A DNA stretch of 64,000 bases from Candidatus Sericytochromatia bacterium (GTDB taxonomy: Bacteria > Cyanobacteriota > Sericytochromatia > S15B-MN24 > JAQBPE01). A program made the translations under genes and the position numbers. Below the pieces are notes generated by a model, which ran no database searches, was not told the DNA's origin, and saw only the letters and a program-made list of their open reading frames with translations. The stretch spans positions 25,677 through 89,676 of the forward strand of contig JBBAPZ010000016.1 in NCBI GenBank assembly GCA_040400605.1, in the 5' to 3' direction. Of the stretch, positions 10,380-20,037 are shown in pieces; position 1 is the stretch's first letter, and every line of letters begins with the position of its first letter.

Positions 10380-11651
10380 TTACCACGCCTTGAGCTGCGC
10401 TCCCACACCAATATACGGGAAAGGCATCGCCGGGGCATTCGCATTGAGGTTAAAAGGAAGGCTACGAACCCCGCCTTCGAGTTGCAGACCGACTTTCGTG
10501 CTGGGGTGCCACTCAAGCCCCACACCCAATTGAGCAAGCTGTGCCGTCGAACCCGTCATGCCTGCTGGCCACAACGTGCTGCCCTTAAAATTGCCAAACG
10601 CACCCCACCATTGGGCCGGGCGATGATACAAGACCAGACCATAGGAAACACCACCTAAAATTTGGCTGCCATCACCAACACCACGGGCGCCAACGAACGG
10701 CTGTAAATAACTGCTTGCACCGAGGGGCCAGGCGTAGCCGATATCAAGTCCAGCGGTGTGCAACGGCCGATCGTTCGCCGGCAAATTGAATTGCCCCTCT
10801 GCCACAAAAAAGACGTTGTCGCGATAAGCGACGCCACGAACGCCACCAAAAGGCAACTGATTCGAACCAAGACGCAGCCCACCTTCAACAAACAACGGCT
10901 TCTCTTCCCCGTAGCGCCACGCGCGGGCCTTGGCGGATTCCGTCTCGTTCGAAGCTTGCGTGCGACGCACGAGTTCCTGTACCAACGGGAAAGTCTGCGC
11001 CGCACTGGCAGCAAACTCAAAGCGCGTCAGCCTCTCGTTGCCTCGAAAACTGCCATCCGGAAAACCAACCATCACTTGGTAACGCTCGGCCACGTTTTTA
11101 ATCGCGTATTCGACCCGGGCCGATTCTGCCACATCAGTGAAGACAAAGGTGCGCGGCGAGACAAGGCTCGGATTGACCACACCTTTTTCTTCGCCCAAAC
11201 GCAAAAGTCGATCCACCACGCGCGCCATCTCATAACGGGTGATTTGCTTGTCACCCTCAAAGGTTTTAGACGTTAAACCGGGCACGCCCTCAAACAGACG
11301 ATACTGATTGGCCAACTTCATGACCACCGGGTGCAACGGGTCTCCAGCGCGCAAATCCGTGAATTCATAACCACCCAAACCCTCTGTCGCCCAAGACGTT
11401 TTAGTCTGCTTCTCGAGTAGCTCGATCAACTCCGCAAGGGCCACCGACAATTGAGCGCGCGTGAAAGGGTCCTCGCCGTGAAACAATCCATCCGCATACG
11501 GTTTCATAAAGTCCCGTTTGATGGCGACCGCCTCGACCGCCTGATACGCCCAATGCCCCACTGGAACATCCCGGAATGCATCAGCCGCCCACGCGGGGGA
11601 CGCCATTGAGAGAATCGCGCTCAGCGAGAAGGCAAGACTGCATTTCATCAT
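10380..11651 (-). CDS. S-layer homology (SLH) domain protein with probable C-terminal outer-membrane beta-barrel
   Basis: Signal peptide (SPAWA); three SLH-like units (FRDVPVGHWAY...TRAQ; FTDL...TRYEMA; FTDV...GFPDGSFRGNERLTRFE); alternating beta-strand C-terminus ending in W. Confidence 0.8.
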   Translation of the reverse strand: MMKCSLAFSLSAILSMASPAWAADAFRDVPVGHWAYQAVEAVAIKRDFMKPYADGLFHGEDPFTRAQLSVALAELIELLEKQTKTSWATEGLGGYEFTDLRAGDPLHPVVMKLANQYRLFEGVPGLTSKTFEGDKQITRYEMARVVDRLLRLGEEKGVVNPSLVSPRTFVFTDVAESARVEYAIKNVAERYQVMVGFPDGSFRGNERLTRFEFAASAAQTFPLVQELVRRTQASNETESAKARAWRYGEEKPLFVEGGLRLGSNQLPFGGVRGVAYRDNVFFVAEGQFNLPANDRPLHTAGLDIGYAWPLGASSYLQPFVGARGVGDGSQILGGVSYGLVLYHRPAQWWGAFGNFKGSTLWPAGMTGSTAQLAQLGVGLEWHPSTKVGLQLEGGVRSLPFNLNANAPAMPFPYIGVGAQLKAW

Positions 11652-11750
11652 ATTGAATCCTTGCTCCTTCGGTTTTTGTTGACGGCATCCAAGCCGTTCG
11701 GATACCCCCGTATATTTTAACCCATGCCATGGCATAATTGAGGGCTATAC

Positions 11751-13076
11751 ATGACCTGGGGGATGATGATGAACGAGACAACGCTCACTTCGCGCTCGGA
11801 ATTGTTGTGGCGTGACGCCACTCAGTTGATTCCTGGCGGCGTTAACAGTCCGGTGCGCGCTTTTCGCGCCGTGGGTGGCACACCTGTTTTTTTTGAGCGG
11901 GCCACGGGGCCCTACCTATTTGATGTGGATGGCAGGCGTTACGTGGATTACATCGGAGCCTGGGGGCCGATGATTTTAGGCCACGCCAATCCGGCCGTGC
12001 GAGAGGCCTTGCACCGCGCGGTGGACGGCGGGACGGTTTTCGGCGCGCCAACGTCGGCAGAGGTTGACTTGGCACGCTTGATCCACGAGATCATGCCGGG
12101 CCTGGAACAGGTTCGATTGGTCAATTCAGGAACGGAAGCCACCATGAGCGCGTTGCGTTTGGCTCGGGCCCATACGGGGCGTGATCGCATCATCAAATTC
12201 AGTGGGTGTTATCACGGGCACGCCGATCTCTTGCTGGTTCAGGCAGGTTCCGGCGTGGCAACCTTGGGATTGCCCGACAGCCCAGGTGTACCCGCCGGTG
12301 TCACCGCCAATACCTTGGGTGCAACGTTCAACAATCCGGACAGTGTTCGACAAATGTTCGACCAGTACGGCACAAGCATCGCAGCGGTAATTGTCGAACC
12401 GGTGGTCGGCAACTCAGGCACCATCGCGCCCGCTGACGGCTTTTTGCAGTTTTTGCGCGACATCACCCGCGCCCACGGCGCCTTACTTGTTTTCGACGAG
12501 GTCATGACCGGGTTTCGGGTTGCACTCGGGGGCGCACAGGCACGCTATGGCGTCACGCCTGATATCACGTGTCTCGGTAAAATCGTCGGGGGCGGTGTCC
12601 CGGTGGGTGCTTACGGTGGCGCAGCCACCATTATGCAACAGGTTGCACCAGCAGGCCCGATGTACCAAGCCGGTACCTTAAGTGGCAACTGCCTCGCAAC
12701 CGCAGCAGGTATCGCCACGTTGCAAGCACTCCGTCAACCCGGTTTTTATGAACATCTGGAAGCCCTCGGTGCACGATTAGAAGCCGGTTTACTCAAAGCC
12801 GCACGCGTGGCGGGCGTGACGGTGTGCATCAACCGCGTTGGTAGCATGTTGACGGTCTTTTTTACCGATGGCCCGGTGACGGATTGGCCAAGTGCCGATC
12901 GCTCAAACCGGACAGCGTTTGGACAGTTTTTTCATGGCATGCTGTCACGCGGCTTCTACTTGCCGCCCGCCCAGTTTGAAGCGTGGTTCATCTCGGCCTC
13001 CCATACAGCGGCCGACATCGATGCGACCTGTGAAGCGGCCGCCGACGCATTCGCCGAGTTAAAGCGGTCCACATGA
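11751..13076 (+). CDS. hemL: Glutamate-1-semialdehyde 2,1-aminomutase
   Basis: PGGVNSPVRAF, VNSGTEATMSA, GCYHGHAD, FDEVMTGFR, GKIVGGG, YQAGTLSGN. Confidence 0.96.
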   Translation: MTWGMMMNETTLTSRSELLWRDATQLIPGGVNSPVRAFRAVGGTPVFFERATGPYLFDVDGRRYVDYIGAWGPMILGHANPAVREALHRAVDGGTVFGAPTSAEVDLARLIHEIMPGLEQVRLVNSGTEATMSALRLARAHTGRDRIIKFSGCYHGHADLLLVQAGSGVATLGLPDSPGVPAGVTANTLGATFNNPDSVRQMFDQYGTSIAAVIVEPVVGNSGTIAPADGFLQFLRDITRAHGALLVFDEVMTGFRVALGGAQARYGVTPDITCLGKIVGGGVPVGAYGGAATIMQQVAPAGPMYQAGTLSGNCLATAAGIATLQALRQPGFYEHLEALGARLEAGLLKAARVAGVTVCINRVGSMLTVFFTDGPVTDWPSADRSNRTAFGQFFHGMLSRGFYLPPAQFEAWFISASHTAADIDATCEAAADAFAELKRST

Positions 13077-13753
13077 CCGCTTGGCGTCATCAAAGGTTTG
13101 GCTTCGCCTGGGCCAGCATCGCCCTGTTGGCCGGCTGCGGTAGCGTCACCGAGTCCACAACGCCTTTGCCGCAAGTCCGACCCGTGACGATTGGCTGGCT
13201 ATCGAGCGGGTTCGGTCCCCGACCCGTACATCCCGTCTACGGCTTTACCGCACACGGCCATCATGATGGCTATGATTTTGCTGTTCCGGTGGGCTCGCCC
13301 ATTCGTGCCAGCATGGCTGGCAAAGTCACCTTCACAGGCGTCAAAGCCGGTTACGGACGAACTGTCGTGCTCAATCATCCAGGCGGCTACCAAACACTCT
13401 ATGCTCACGCCTCACGCTTTGCGGCTCGAGTGGGCCAATCCGTCGCAGCAGGCACGATCATCGCCCAATCAGGCAATACGGGCGTTTCTACGGGTCCCCA
13501 CCTGCATTACGAACTGCGTCACCTCGGACGTCCCATCTCCCCCGGCCTGTTTGTCGCGCCACCCGATTGGGCCGTCAAAACGAAGCAGGTGGCATCACAT
13601 GAACCCCCACGTTCGTCGTCTGGGAAAGGTAAGCGCGCAGGTTCTGCTCCAAGGTTGCCTGGCCGGGAATCAAAGGCAATGGTCGCCGCAGTACCAGTGC
13701 GTCACCCTCGCGTGCAACGGGATAAAAATAATCCATCAAGGATGAATCTTTGA
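13073..13753 (+). CDS. M23 family metallopeptidase, predicted lipoprotein
   Basis: Lipobox LLAGC; HDGYD (HxxxD), YAH and STGPHLHYE; ATGA overlap with the hemL stop. Confidence 0.88.
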   Translation: MTAWRHQRFGFAWASIALLAGCGSVTESTTPLPQVRPVTIGWLSSGFGPRPVHPVYGFTAHGHHDGYDFAVPVGSPIRASMAGKVTFTGVKAGYGRTVVLNHPGGYQTLYAHASRFAARVGQSVAAGTIIAQSGNTGVSTGPHLHYELRHLGRPISPGLFVAPPDWAVKTKQVASHEPPRSSSGKGKRAGSAPRLPGRESKAMVAAVPVRHPRVQRDKNNPSRMNL

Positions 13754-14333
13754 ATTGGATCCGATTGGCGCCCAACAAACCGCGCACCCAAGCAGCCTCA
13801 CCCAAACTTCCCAGCAAGTTTTGCACCGCCAGTATCTCACTCAACGCCTGATGCCCGGTCCCGCCATTGGGCCATTCCATGTGCACCGGGTGCCACGCGG
13901 CGGCACGTAACCCCAATTCAACTTCGGGCTTGACGGTAATCGCCGTCTTCATTGCCCATCGGTTCAAGAGTCCCTCAAAAAATGGCAACGCATGACGAAA
14001 GGTGCTCTGCTCAAGCCGACCGCGCGCGGCCTGGTACTCCGCAAGCGAAGGACCGGCGCTTGCTAGACTGACCGCTGGTTTGAACGATAATGATATAACC
14101 GCGCCACTCAACGCAAAGAGGTCCTTGATTGTCCGTACCGGATTCACTAGCATCTGCCCGAGGTTCAGCAACCACATCGGACTACCGGAACCGCCACGAT
14201 TGGGACTGACAGGCAAACCACCCAGTACCGGTTGCACCGGTTGCGGCGCAGGCTGAACCACCGGACTCGTATAATACCCGCCTGCATTCAACGGCAAGAC
14301 ACCATACGCGCGCACACCGCCAACATGATTCAT
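13575..14333 (-). CDS. Hypothetical protein with Pro-rich N-terminus
   Basis: Long ORF; GGAGG before TTG/ATG 14333; AT-rich promoter-like region upstream; 3' end overlaps the M23 gene. Confidence 0.6.
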   Translation of the reverse strand: MNHVGGVRAYGVLPLNAGGYYTSPVVQPAPQPVQPVLGGLPVSPNRGGSGSPMWLLNLGQMLVNPVRTIKDLFALSGAVISLSFKPAVSLASAGPSLAEYQAARGRLEQSTFRHALPFFEGLLNRWAMKTAITVKPEVELGLRAAAWHPVHMEWPNGGTGHQALSEILAVQNLLGSLGEAAWVRGLLGANRIQFKDSSLMDYFYPVAREGDALVLRRPLPLIPGQATLEQNLRAYLSQTTNVGVHVMPPASF

Positions 14334-14384
14334 CAAGGCCAGACCTCCATCCATCTCCCCAACGAGTTTTTCGACGGACAGCCT

Positions 14385-14440
14385 GTTATACTGACCAATC
14401 TTAAACAATAATTTATTGAACTTTAAGTTTTCATTTACCT
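14385..14440 (-). promoter_or_regulatory. AT-rich putative regulator site (phased TAA repeats) plus -10-like TATAAC
   Basis: Minus strand aggTAAatgaaaactTAAagttcaaTAAattattgttTAAgattggtcagTATAAC; TAA spacing 12,10,12. Confidence 0.5.
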
Positions 14441-14554
14441 CTACACCTTATCGTGGCGCATCAAGCACAGTGGGTGACAAAGCATCCAACATTCCGCATA
14501 CAGTCTGTACTGGTTGCCGTTGGAATGCGGTTGGTGGCGCCTGGTTGCGTTCGT

Positions 14555-15298
14555 TTACCCGGCTGGCTGTCCCAAGTGACGGCGCAGGGATTGGGAAAAT
14601 TGCACGGCGCCTTTTTCAAGGTCCTGTTGGTGATGGGTATGTTCGTTGCGGCTGGTATGCCACGGGATGTAGCGAATGCGGGCATCCCGGTAGTACCGTG
14701 CCAGCTGCAGCCAGGGTTCGAAAAGCTCGTGGCCTTGATAGAGGGCGGTCACCAGACATTGTTGTGCGTGATGGAACAGTTCATGGCCGACGCTTGCGAG
14801 GCGATCGTTGTGCGTTCCTGGCGCCGCGGGATTGAGTTGGATCAGGTGTTGCTCGGGGCGGAAAAGAAATTGCGCCCGCAGTGGTGCGATGGCTTTTTGG
14901 AAGACGACGCGAGGTCTTGGCAAATCGATGGTGGCTTGGTTTTGCCAAGTGTCAATGAGGGTTTGCCAGTCACTCAGCACGGACGGTGCCGCCAGTTTAT
15001 CACCGGGTTCATCGATGCCCGAGACCCATTGGGTGATCCAGTACGACTCAAGATCCTGGGCTGCGATTCGTTCGCGCGGACGCAGCCACTGACGCTTGGT
15101 CGTCTGATCACGGTGCATCTGGATGATCCAGAAGGGTGCGTCAAGACTGTCATGTGGCGCTTGTGGCAGCCATTGATCACCCGCACCGGACTGGTGACCC
15201 GACTGCCGCAAATCCCCCGTGTCGGCACTGACAATCTGTTGGGTAACCGGATCGAACACGCGGCGCACGCCGACACCTTTCAAAGGTTCAATCGGCAC
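14555..15298 (-). CDS. Hypothetical zinc metallopeptidase-like protein (HExxH...E)
   Basis: VGHELFHHAQ plus downstream QDLEKGA; start overlaps the rsmE 3' end. Confidence 0.65.
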   Translation of the reverse strand: MPIEPLKGVGVRRVFDPVTQQIVSADTGDLRQSGHQSGAGDQWLPQAPHDSLDAPFWIIQMHRDQTTKRQWLRPRERIAAQDLESYWITQWVSGIDEPGDKLAAPSVLSDWQTLIDTWQNQATIDLPRPRVVFQKAIAPLRAQFLFRPEQHLIQLNPAAPGTHNDRLASVGHELFHHAQQCLVTALYQGHELFEPWLQLARYYRDARIRYIPWHTSRNEHTHHQQDLEKGAVQFSQSLRRHLGQPAG

Positions 15299-16046
15299 AT
15301 GTGGTCTCCTTGCTACTCGCAGCCATCAATTCAAAATGACCCACGCACAAGGCGAGCGCCGCGAGGCTGGCTGTTTCAGTCCGCAAAATCCGTGGACCCA
15401 GTGAGGTCAAGGTCGCCCCATATTCAACAAACCAGTCAACCTCGCTGCAACTGAAACCGCCTTCCGGCCCCACCCAGATATTCAGGTGACTTCCTGGCTG
15501 TTGACCCAAGGCAAGGGGGAACGATAATGCGTCACGCCGTTCAGCCAGAACGAGATTGGGCTCGATTCGTGGTAATGCGTGACTGGTCAGGTGCAATATT
15601 GGCGAAATGGTTGGGATGGTATCCCGCTCACACTGAATGGCTGCTTCTTCGGCGATCTTTTGCCAGCGCACGATTTTGGCGTCGCTGCGGGCGAGGTCCA
15701 CTTTAACGACTCCGTGCCGGCTGATACACGGCACGATGCGATGCACCCCCAGTTCCGTGGCTTTTTGTACCACCCAGTCCATTTTGTCACCTTTGGGAAT
15801 CGCCTGATAGAGTGTGACACGCTGGGGTATGGGCGTTGTCGTGACGGCTTCCAATCGTTCCAACTGGAGTTCCTGCGATCGCGCCCGCACCACCTTGGCA
15901 CGCCACGCGCCCCCCAGTCCGTCGAGAATCAACACGTCAGCGCCTTCTTCATAGCGCAGAACGTTGACAAGATGGTGTGCGCGATTCCCTGTGATACGGA
16001 TGATAGATTCGGCCAGTTCCGCCGAACAAAGAAACAATCGTCTCAC
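15288..16046 (-). CDS. rsmE: 16S rRNA m3U1498 methyltransferase
   Basis: HHLVNVLR, KGDKMDWVVQKATELGV, VGPEGGF, SLGPRILRTETA; GTG overlaps the GNAT stop (GTGA). Confidence 0.95.
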   Translation of the reverse strand: MRRLFLCSAELAESIIRITGNRAHHLVNVLRYEEGADVLILDGLGGAWRAKVVRARSQELQLERLEAVTTTPIPQRVTLYQAIPKGDKMDWVVQKATELGVHRIVPCISRHGVVKVDLARSDAKIVRWQKIAEEAAIQCERDTIPTISPILHLTSHALPRIEPNLVLAERRDALSFPLALGQQPGSHLNIWVGPEGGFSCSEVDWFVEYGATLTSLGPRILRTETASLAALALCVGHFELMAASSKETTCAD

Positions 16047-16543
16047 AATGCCTGCACTTCGGCCCTTTCGCAACGCAAGGGACCGAAGCGCAGTGCCATC
16101 GACCACGCGGCGCACTCAAAGCCCAAACGGCGATACAGTGCCAGTGCGGCAGCGTTTTGAGGGTCGACCTGCAACGTGACACCATCCAGCCCACGGGCGC
16201 GGATGCGTGAGACCGCGTCTTCCACCAACGCCTTGCCGATCCCATTGCCACGGTAAATCGGCTGCACGTAAAGATCACTGATCGTGGCAGCAGCCCACTT
16301 CTCCTCAAGCGGCGTCAGATGGGCCACAATCGAGACATAGCCTGCCAAATGACCTTCAACGGAACAAACTACGACTTGTTCATGGTCAAGCAAGCTGATC
16401 AGATGATTGGCGACGGCCGCTCGATTGACCCGATTACGGCGTATTCGGGATGCCAGATGTGGCGTCTGCGCTACCAGGTCCTGCCAAAACAGGACAAGTT
16501 GCTCAACATCACCGGCACGCGCCAAACGGATCTCCAGGTCCAA
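16043..16543 (-). CDS. GNAT family N-acetyltransferase
   Basis: IRLARAGD, ISDLYVQPIYRGNGIGKAL, NAAALALYRRLGF; start placed at TTG 16543 to avoid overlapping rpmE. Confidence 0.88.
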   Translation of the reverse strand: MDLEIRLARAGDVEQLVLFWQDLVAQTPHLASRIRRNRVNRAAVANHLISLLDHEQVVVCSVEGHLAGYVSIVAHLTPLEEKWAAATISDLYVQPIYRGNGIGKALVEDAVSRIRARGLDGVTLQVDPQNAAALALYRRLGFECAAWSMALRFGPLRCERAEVQAL

Positions 16544-16608
16544 GGCTGCCCCCAAAGTAAAGAGCACGAAGCAATGCAAAAGTGCCCCGTGCCCAAGACC
16601 AAACCAGG

Positions 16609-16896
16609 TTACTTCGCAGGCGTTCCTTCCGTCGCACGCGGAAGAGCCAGTTCGCGCTCGGCGTGACGCTTGGATGCCGCCGCCTTCATCGCATTGGCCG
16701 TCTCGAACTTCTTCATGAAGCGCTCCACGCGACCTTCGGTGTCCACAATCTTTTGCGTACCGGTAAAGAATGGATGACACGCCGAACAAATTTCAGTGCG
16801 AATATCAGAACCTTTTGTCGAACCGGTTTTGAAACTATTGCCACAGACGCAGCTGGCAGTCACTTCGGTGTAGTTAGGATGAATTCCGGATTTCAT
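16609..16896 (-). CDS. rpmE: 50S ribosomal protein L31, zinc-binding type
   Basis: [32 protein letters not shown]. Confidence 0.96.
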   Translation of the reverse strand: MKSGIHPNYTEVTASCVCGNSFKTGSTKGSDIRTEICSACHPFFTGTQKIVDTEGRVERFMKKFETANAMKAAASKRHAERELALPRATEGTPAK

Positions 16897-17207
16897 GATG
16901 GCACACTCCCTGAGCTCAAGCTGGCTGGTTACAAGCAGCCTACAATGTCAAAGCTCGCCGCGCGCCTGACAGTCAAGGAGGGCTCGAAGAACGAGTCAAA
17001 TTCCAGGCGAACGCACGAGACACCAGTGTAAAAGACGTGGTCAAGCTTCGTCAATACAGCCCGTTCTGGTCACGTGCACGGCCCTCTTGGTATACTGCTG
17101 GGATGGGTGTCGAACACAGGAGGCCTTGTGCCGACCGGTCTTGATCGTTCGCATTTAGAATCAGCGTGCGTCACGAAGCGCGGCGCGTTGTGAGGGAAGT
17201 CCAAGCC

Positions 17208-20012
17208 ATGTTGAAGCTGTTGTCCAAAATTCTGCCTGATGCCAACGTTCGGAAAGTCCGCAAGCTGGATCCGATCATTCGGCATATCAACAGTTTGGAA
17301 GAACAGACGATGGCGTTGAGCGACGCGGAACTCAGTGGCAAAACCGCCGAGTTCAAGCAACGCGTCGAACGGGCTTTGCGCGGCATTGGCGCGGCCGACC
17401 TGGCGGTTCATGAACGCCAGGTGCTTGATGAACTGTTGCCGGAGGCGTTTGCGGTGGTCCGTGAAGCAGGCCGTCGCGTTCTCAATATGCGGCATTTCGA
17501 TGTCCAGATGGTGGGCGGCATCACCTTGCATCGTGGACAGATCGCCGAGATGCGGACGGGTGAGGGCAAAACGTTGGTATCCACTTTGCCAGCGTACTTG
17601 AATGCGTTGACCGGAAAGGGCGTGCACATTGTCACGGTAAACGATTATCTGGCGAAACGTGACAGTGAGTGGATGGGACAGTTGCATCGATTTTTGGGAT
17701 TGGAAGTGGGTCTAGTCCAAAACCATTATCATCCCGGTCAGCGCAAGATATCGTATGGCGCGGATATCACCTATGGTACCAATAACGAGTTTGGCTTTGA
17801 TTACCTGCGTGACAACATGGCGACATCGGTTTATGAATGCGTTCAGCGCGGGTTGCATTATGCCATCATCGACGAGGTGGATTCGGTGTTGATTGATGAG
17901 GCGAGAACGCCACTGATCATCAGTGGGCAAATGGAGCAACGCACCGATTTGTATCTGAAGTTGCGTCAGGTGGCACCTGAACTGGAAAGAGAACGCGATT
18001 ACGCGGTTGAGGAAAAGACGCGCAACATTTTATTGACTGAGGATGGGATTGAGCGGGCAGAGCATTTGTTAAGGGTGGGTGACCTGTATGATCCCCGCAA
18101 TCCGGAACTGGCCCATCATCTGGTGCAGGCATTGCGCGCCAAGGAACTGTACCGTCGTGATGTGGAATATGTCGTGCGTTATAACCCGGAGAAGGGTTTT
18201 GACGAAGTGGTGATTGTCGATGAGTTCACGGGGCGTTTGATGGTGGGGCGGCGCTATTCCGACGGGCTGCATCAGGCAATTGAGGCGAAAGAGGGGGTCA
18301 AGGTTCAAGAAGAAAGCCAGACCTTGGCAACCATCACATTTCAAAATTATTTCAGGATGTACGGGAAGCTCGCGGGGATGACCGGTACAGCGGCCACCGA
18401 AGAAGCGGAGTTTGGCAAGATTTATAACCTGGAAGTGACAGTTATCCCCACCAACCGGCCGCGGATTCGCAAAGACGAGCCGGATTCGATTTACAAGTCT
18501 GTGTCAGCCAAGTTCAAGGCGGTCGCCGAGGAGGTGGATCGTGTGCATCGAACGGGGCGTCCGGTGCTTGTTGGTACGATTTCAATTGAAAAGTCTGAAT
18601 TGTTGTCGAAATTGCTGAACGAGCGAGGGGTGCCGCATCACGTGTTGAATGCGAAGTATCATGAGCAGGAGGCCAAGATCATTGCGCAGGCGGGCGCCAA
18701 GGGGGCTGTGACGATCGCAACCAACATGGCCGGTCGTGGTACGGATATTATTTTGGGTGGCAATCCTGAGTTTATGGCCAAAGACTTTCTGCTGCAGCGG
18801 GGCATTGAGCCTTATCCCTATGAAGATTTGACCCGGGCGCTGTTGCGCAAGGATGAGGCGTGGGCAGATCGTGTTCATCGCGAGACGTTCACGGAGCTTG
18901 ACGAGCAGTTGTATGGCGAGATCAAAACGGCCATCTTTGGCTTTGTCAAGCAATGCAAGGCAGCGCAAGAAGCGGTGATTCAGCTAGGTGGTTTGCACTG
19001 CGTCGGAACTGAGCGGCACGAATCGCGACGCATCGATAACCAGTTGAGAGGGCGGGCGGGGCGACAGGGTGATCCGGGCAGTTCCAAATTTTTTCTGTCG
19101 TTGGAAGACGACCTGATGCGTATGTTTGGGGGCGATCGCATCAAGGGCTTGATGGACCGAATGGATGCCGAAGAGGATCTTGACATTACCTCACCGTGGG
19201 TAAGCAAGTCCATTGAGGGTGCACAGCGCAAGGTCGAAATTTATCATTTCAATACCCGCAAACAAGTGTTGGAATACGATGATGTCATGAACAATCAGCG
19301 CAAAATCATGTACGCCGAACGCCGCCAGGTCTTGGAGGGCGAGGACTTGCGTCCTGTCGTGATGCGCATCGTTGATCGTTACGTGCGCGATACCGTGAAC
19401 GACCATGTGGTACCGGGTGTGCCCAGGGAAGAGTGGGATTTGCAGGGTTTGCACGGGATGCTCAGTCAAGCGATTCCCATTTTGCGAAATGTTTCTGTCA
19501 CGGAAATGGAAGGTTTGGGGTCCGAAGCGCTGCAGGCGTTTCTACAGGAACAGGCGCGTTTGGCGTTCGAAGTCAAAGAAGAAAGTGTGGATCCCGTTAT
19601 TTTCCGGCAACTGGAGCAACAAATCCTGTTGCAAATCATTGATGCGCGATGGATTGCGCATTTGCATGACATCGATTCGTTGCGCGAGAGCATCGGTCTA
19701 AGGGCTTACGGACAAAAAGATCCGCTATTGGAGTATAAGCGCGAGGCTTATGAAACCTTTCAAGCCCTTAAGCGGGCGATTCAAAATGAATTCGTGTTTC
19801 AGATTTTTCACGTTGAGGTGGTGTTTGAGGCGCCCAGTGCCCCGTTTGAGATGATGATGCCTGAGGGCGGCGAGCCTGATGCTGGGGCAATGGAGACGGC
19901 CCCAGAGGTGGCAGCCGAGAATTCTCAAGACAGTGTAACCGCATTTGGGCGTTTGCTGCTGTCGCTGCGTGAGCAGGACCAACCGAATCCGGAGGAGTCA
20001 AAATCCAATTGA
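17208..20012 (+). CDS. secA: Preprotein translocase ATPase SecA
   Basis: EMRTGEGKTL, TVNDYLA, FGFDYLRDN, DEVDSVLIDEARTPLIISG, ATNMAGRGTDI, RGRAGRQGDPGSS. Confidence 0.98.
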   Translation: MLKLLSKILPDANVRKVRKLDPIIRHINSLEEQTMALSDAELSGKTAEFKQRVERALRGIGAADLAVHERQVLDELLPEAFAVVREAGRRVLNMRHFDVQMVGGITLHRGQIAEMRTGEGKTLVSTLPAYLNALTGKGVHIVTVNDYLAKRDSEWMGQLHRFLGLEVGLVQNHYHPGQRKISYGADITYGTNNEFGFDYLRDNMATSVYECVQRGLHYAIIDEVDSVLIDEARTPLIISGQMEQRTDLYLKLRQVAPELERERDYAVEEKTRNILLTEDGIERAEHLLRVGDLYDPRNPELAHHLVQALRAKELYRRDVEYVVRYNPEKGFDEVVIVDEFTGRLMVGRRYSDGLHQAIEAKEGVKVQEESQTLATITFQNYFRMYGKLAGMTGTAATEEAEFGKIYNLEVTVIPTNRPRIRKDEPDSIYKSVSAKFKAVAEEVDRVHRTGRPVLVGTISIEKSELLSKLLNERGVPHHVLNAKYHEQEAKIIAQAGAKGAVTIATNMAGRGTDIILGGNPEFMAKDFLLQRGIEPYPYEDLTRALLRKDEAWADRVHRETFTELDEQLYGEIKTAIFGFVKQCKAAQEAVIQLGGLHCVGTERHESRRIDNQLRGRAGRQGDPGSSKFFLSLEDDLMRMFGGDRIKGLMDRMDAEEDLDITSPWVSKSIEGAQRKVEIYHFNTRKQVLEYDDVMNNQRKIMYAERRQVLEGEDLRPVVMRIVDRYVRDTVNDHVVPGVPREEWDLQGLHGMLSQAIPILRNVSVTEMEGLGSEALQAFLQEQARLAFEVKEESVDPVIFRQLEQQILLQIIDARWIAHLHDIDSLRESIGLRAYGQKDPLLEYKREAYETFQALKRAIQNEFVFQIFHVEVVFEAPSAPFEMMMPEGGEPDAGAMETAPEVAAENSQDSVTAFGRLLLSLREQDQPNPEESKSN

Positions 20013-20037
20013 TGACGGGGGTGCTGCTGGGGGGGTG

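Noticed and set aside
14453..15454. 333-aa + strand ORF
   Set aside because: Antisense shadow of the HExxH gene and rsmE; no recognisable motifs
16544..16789. N-terminal extension of the GNAT ORF
   Set aside because: Overlaps rpmE in another frame; GNAT similarity starts at TTG 16543
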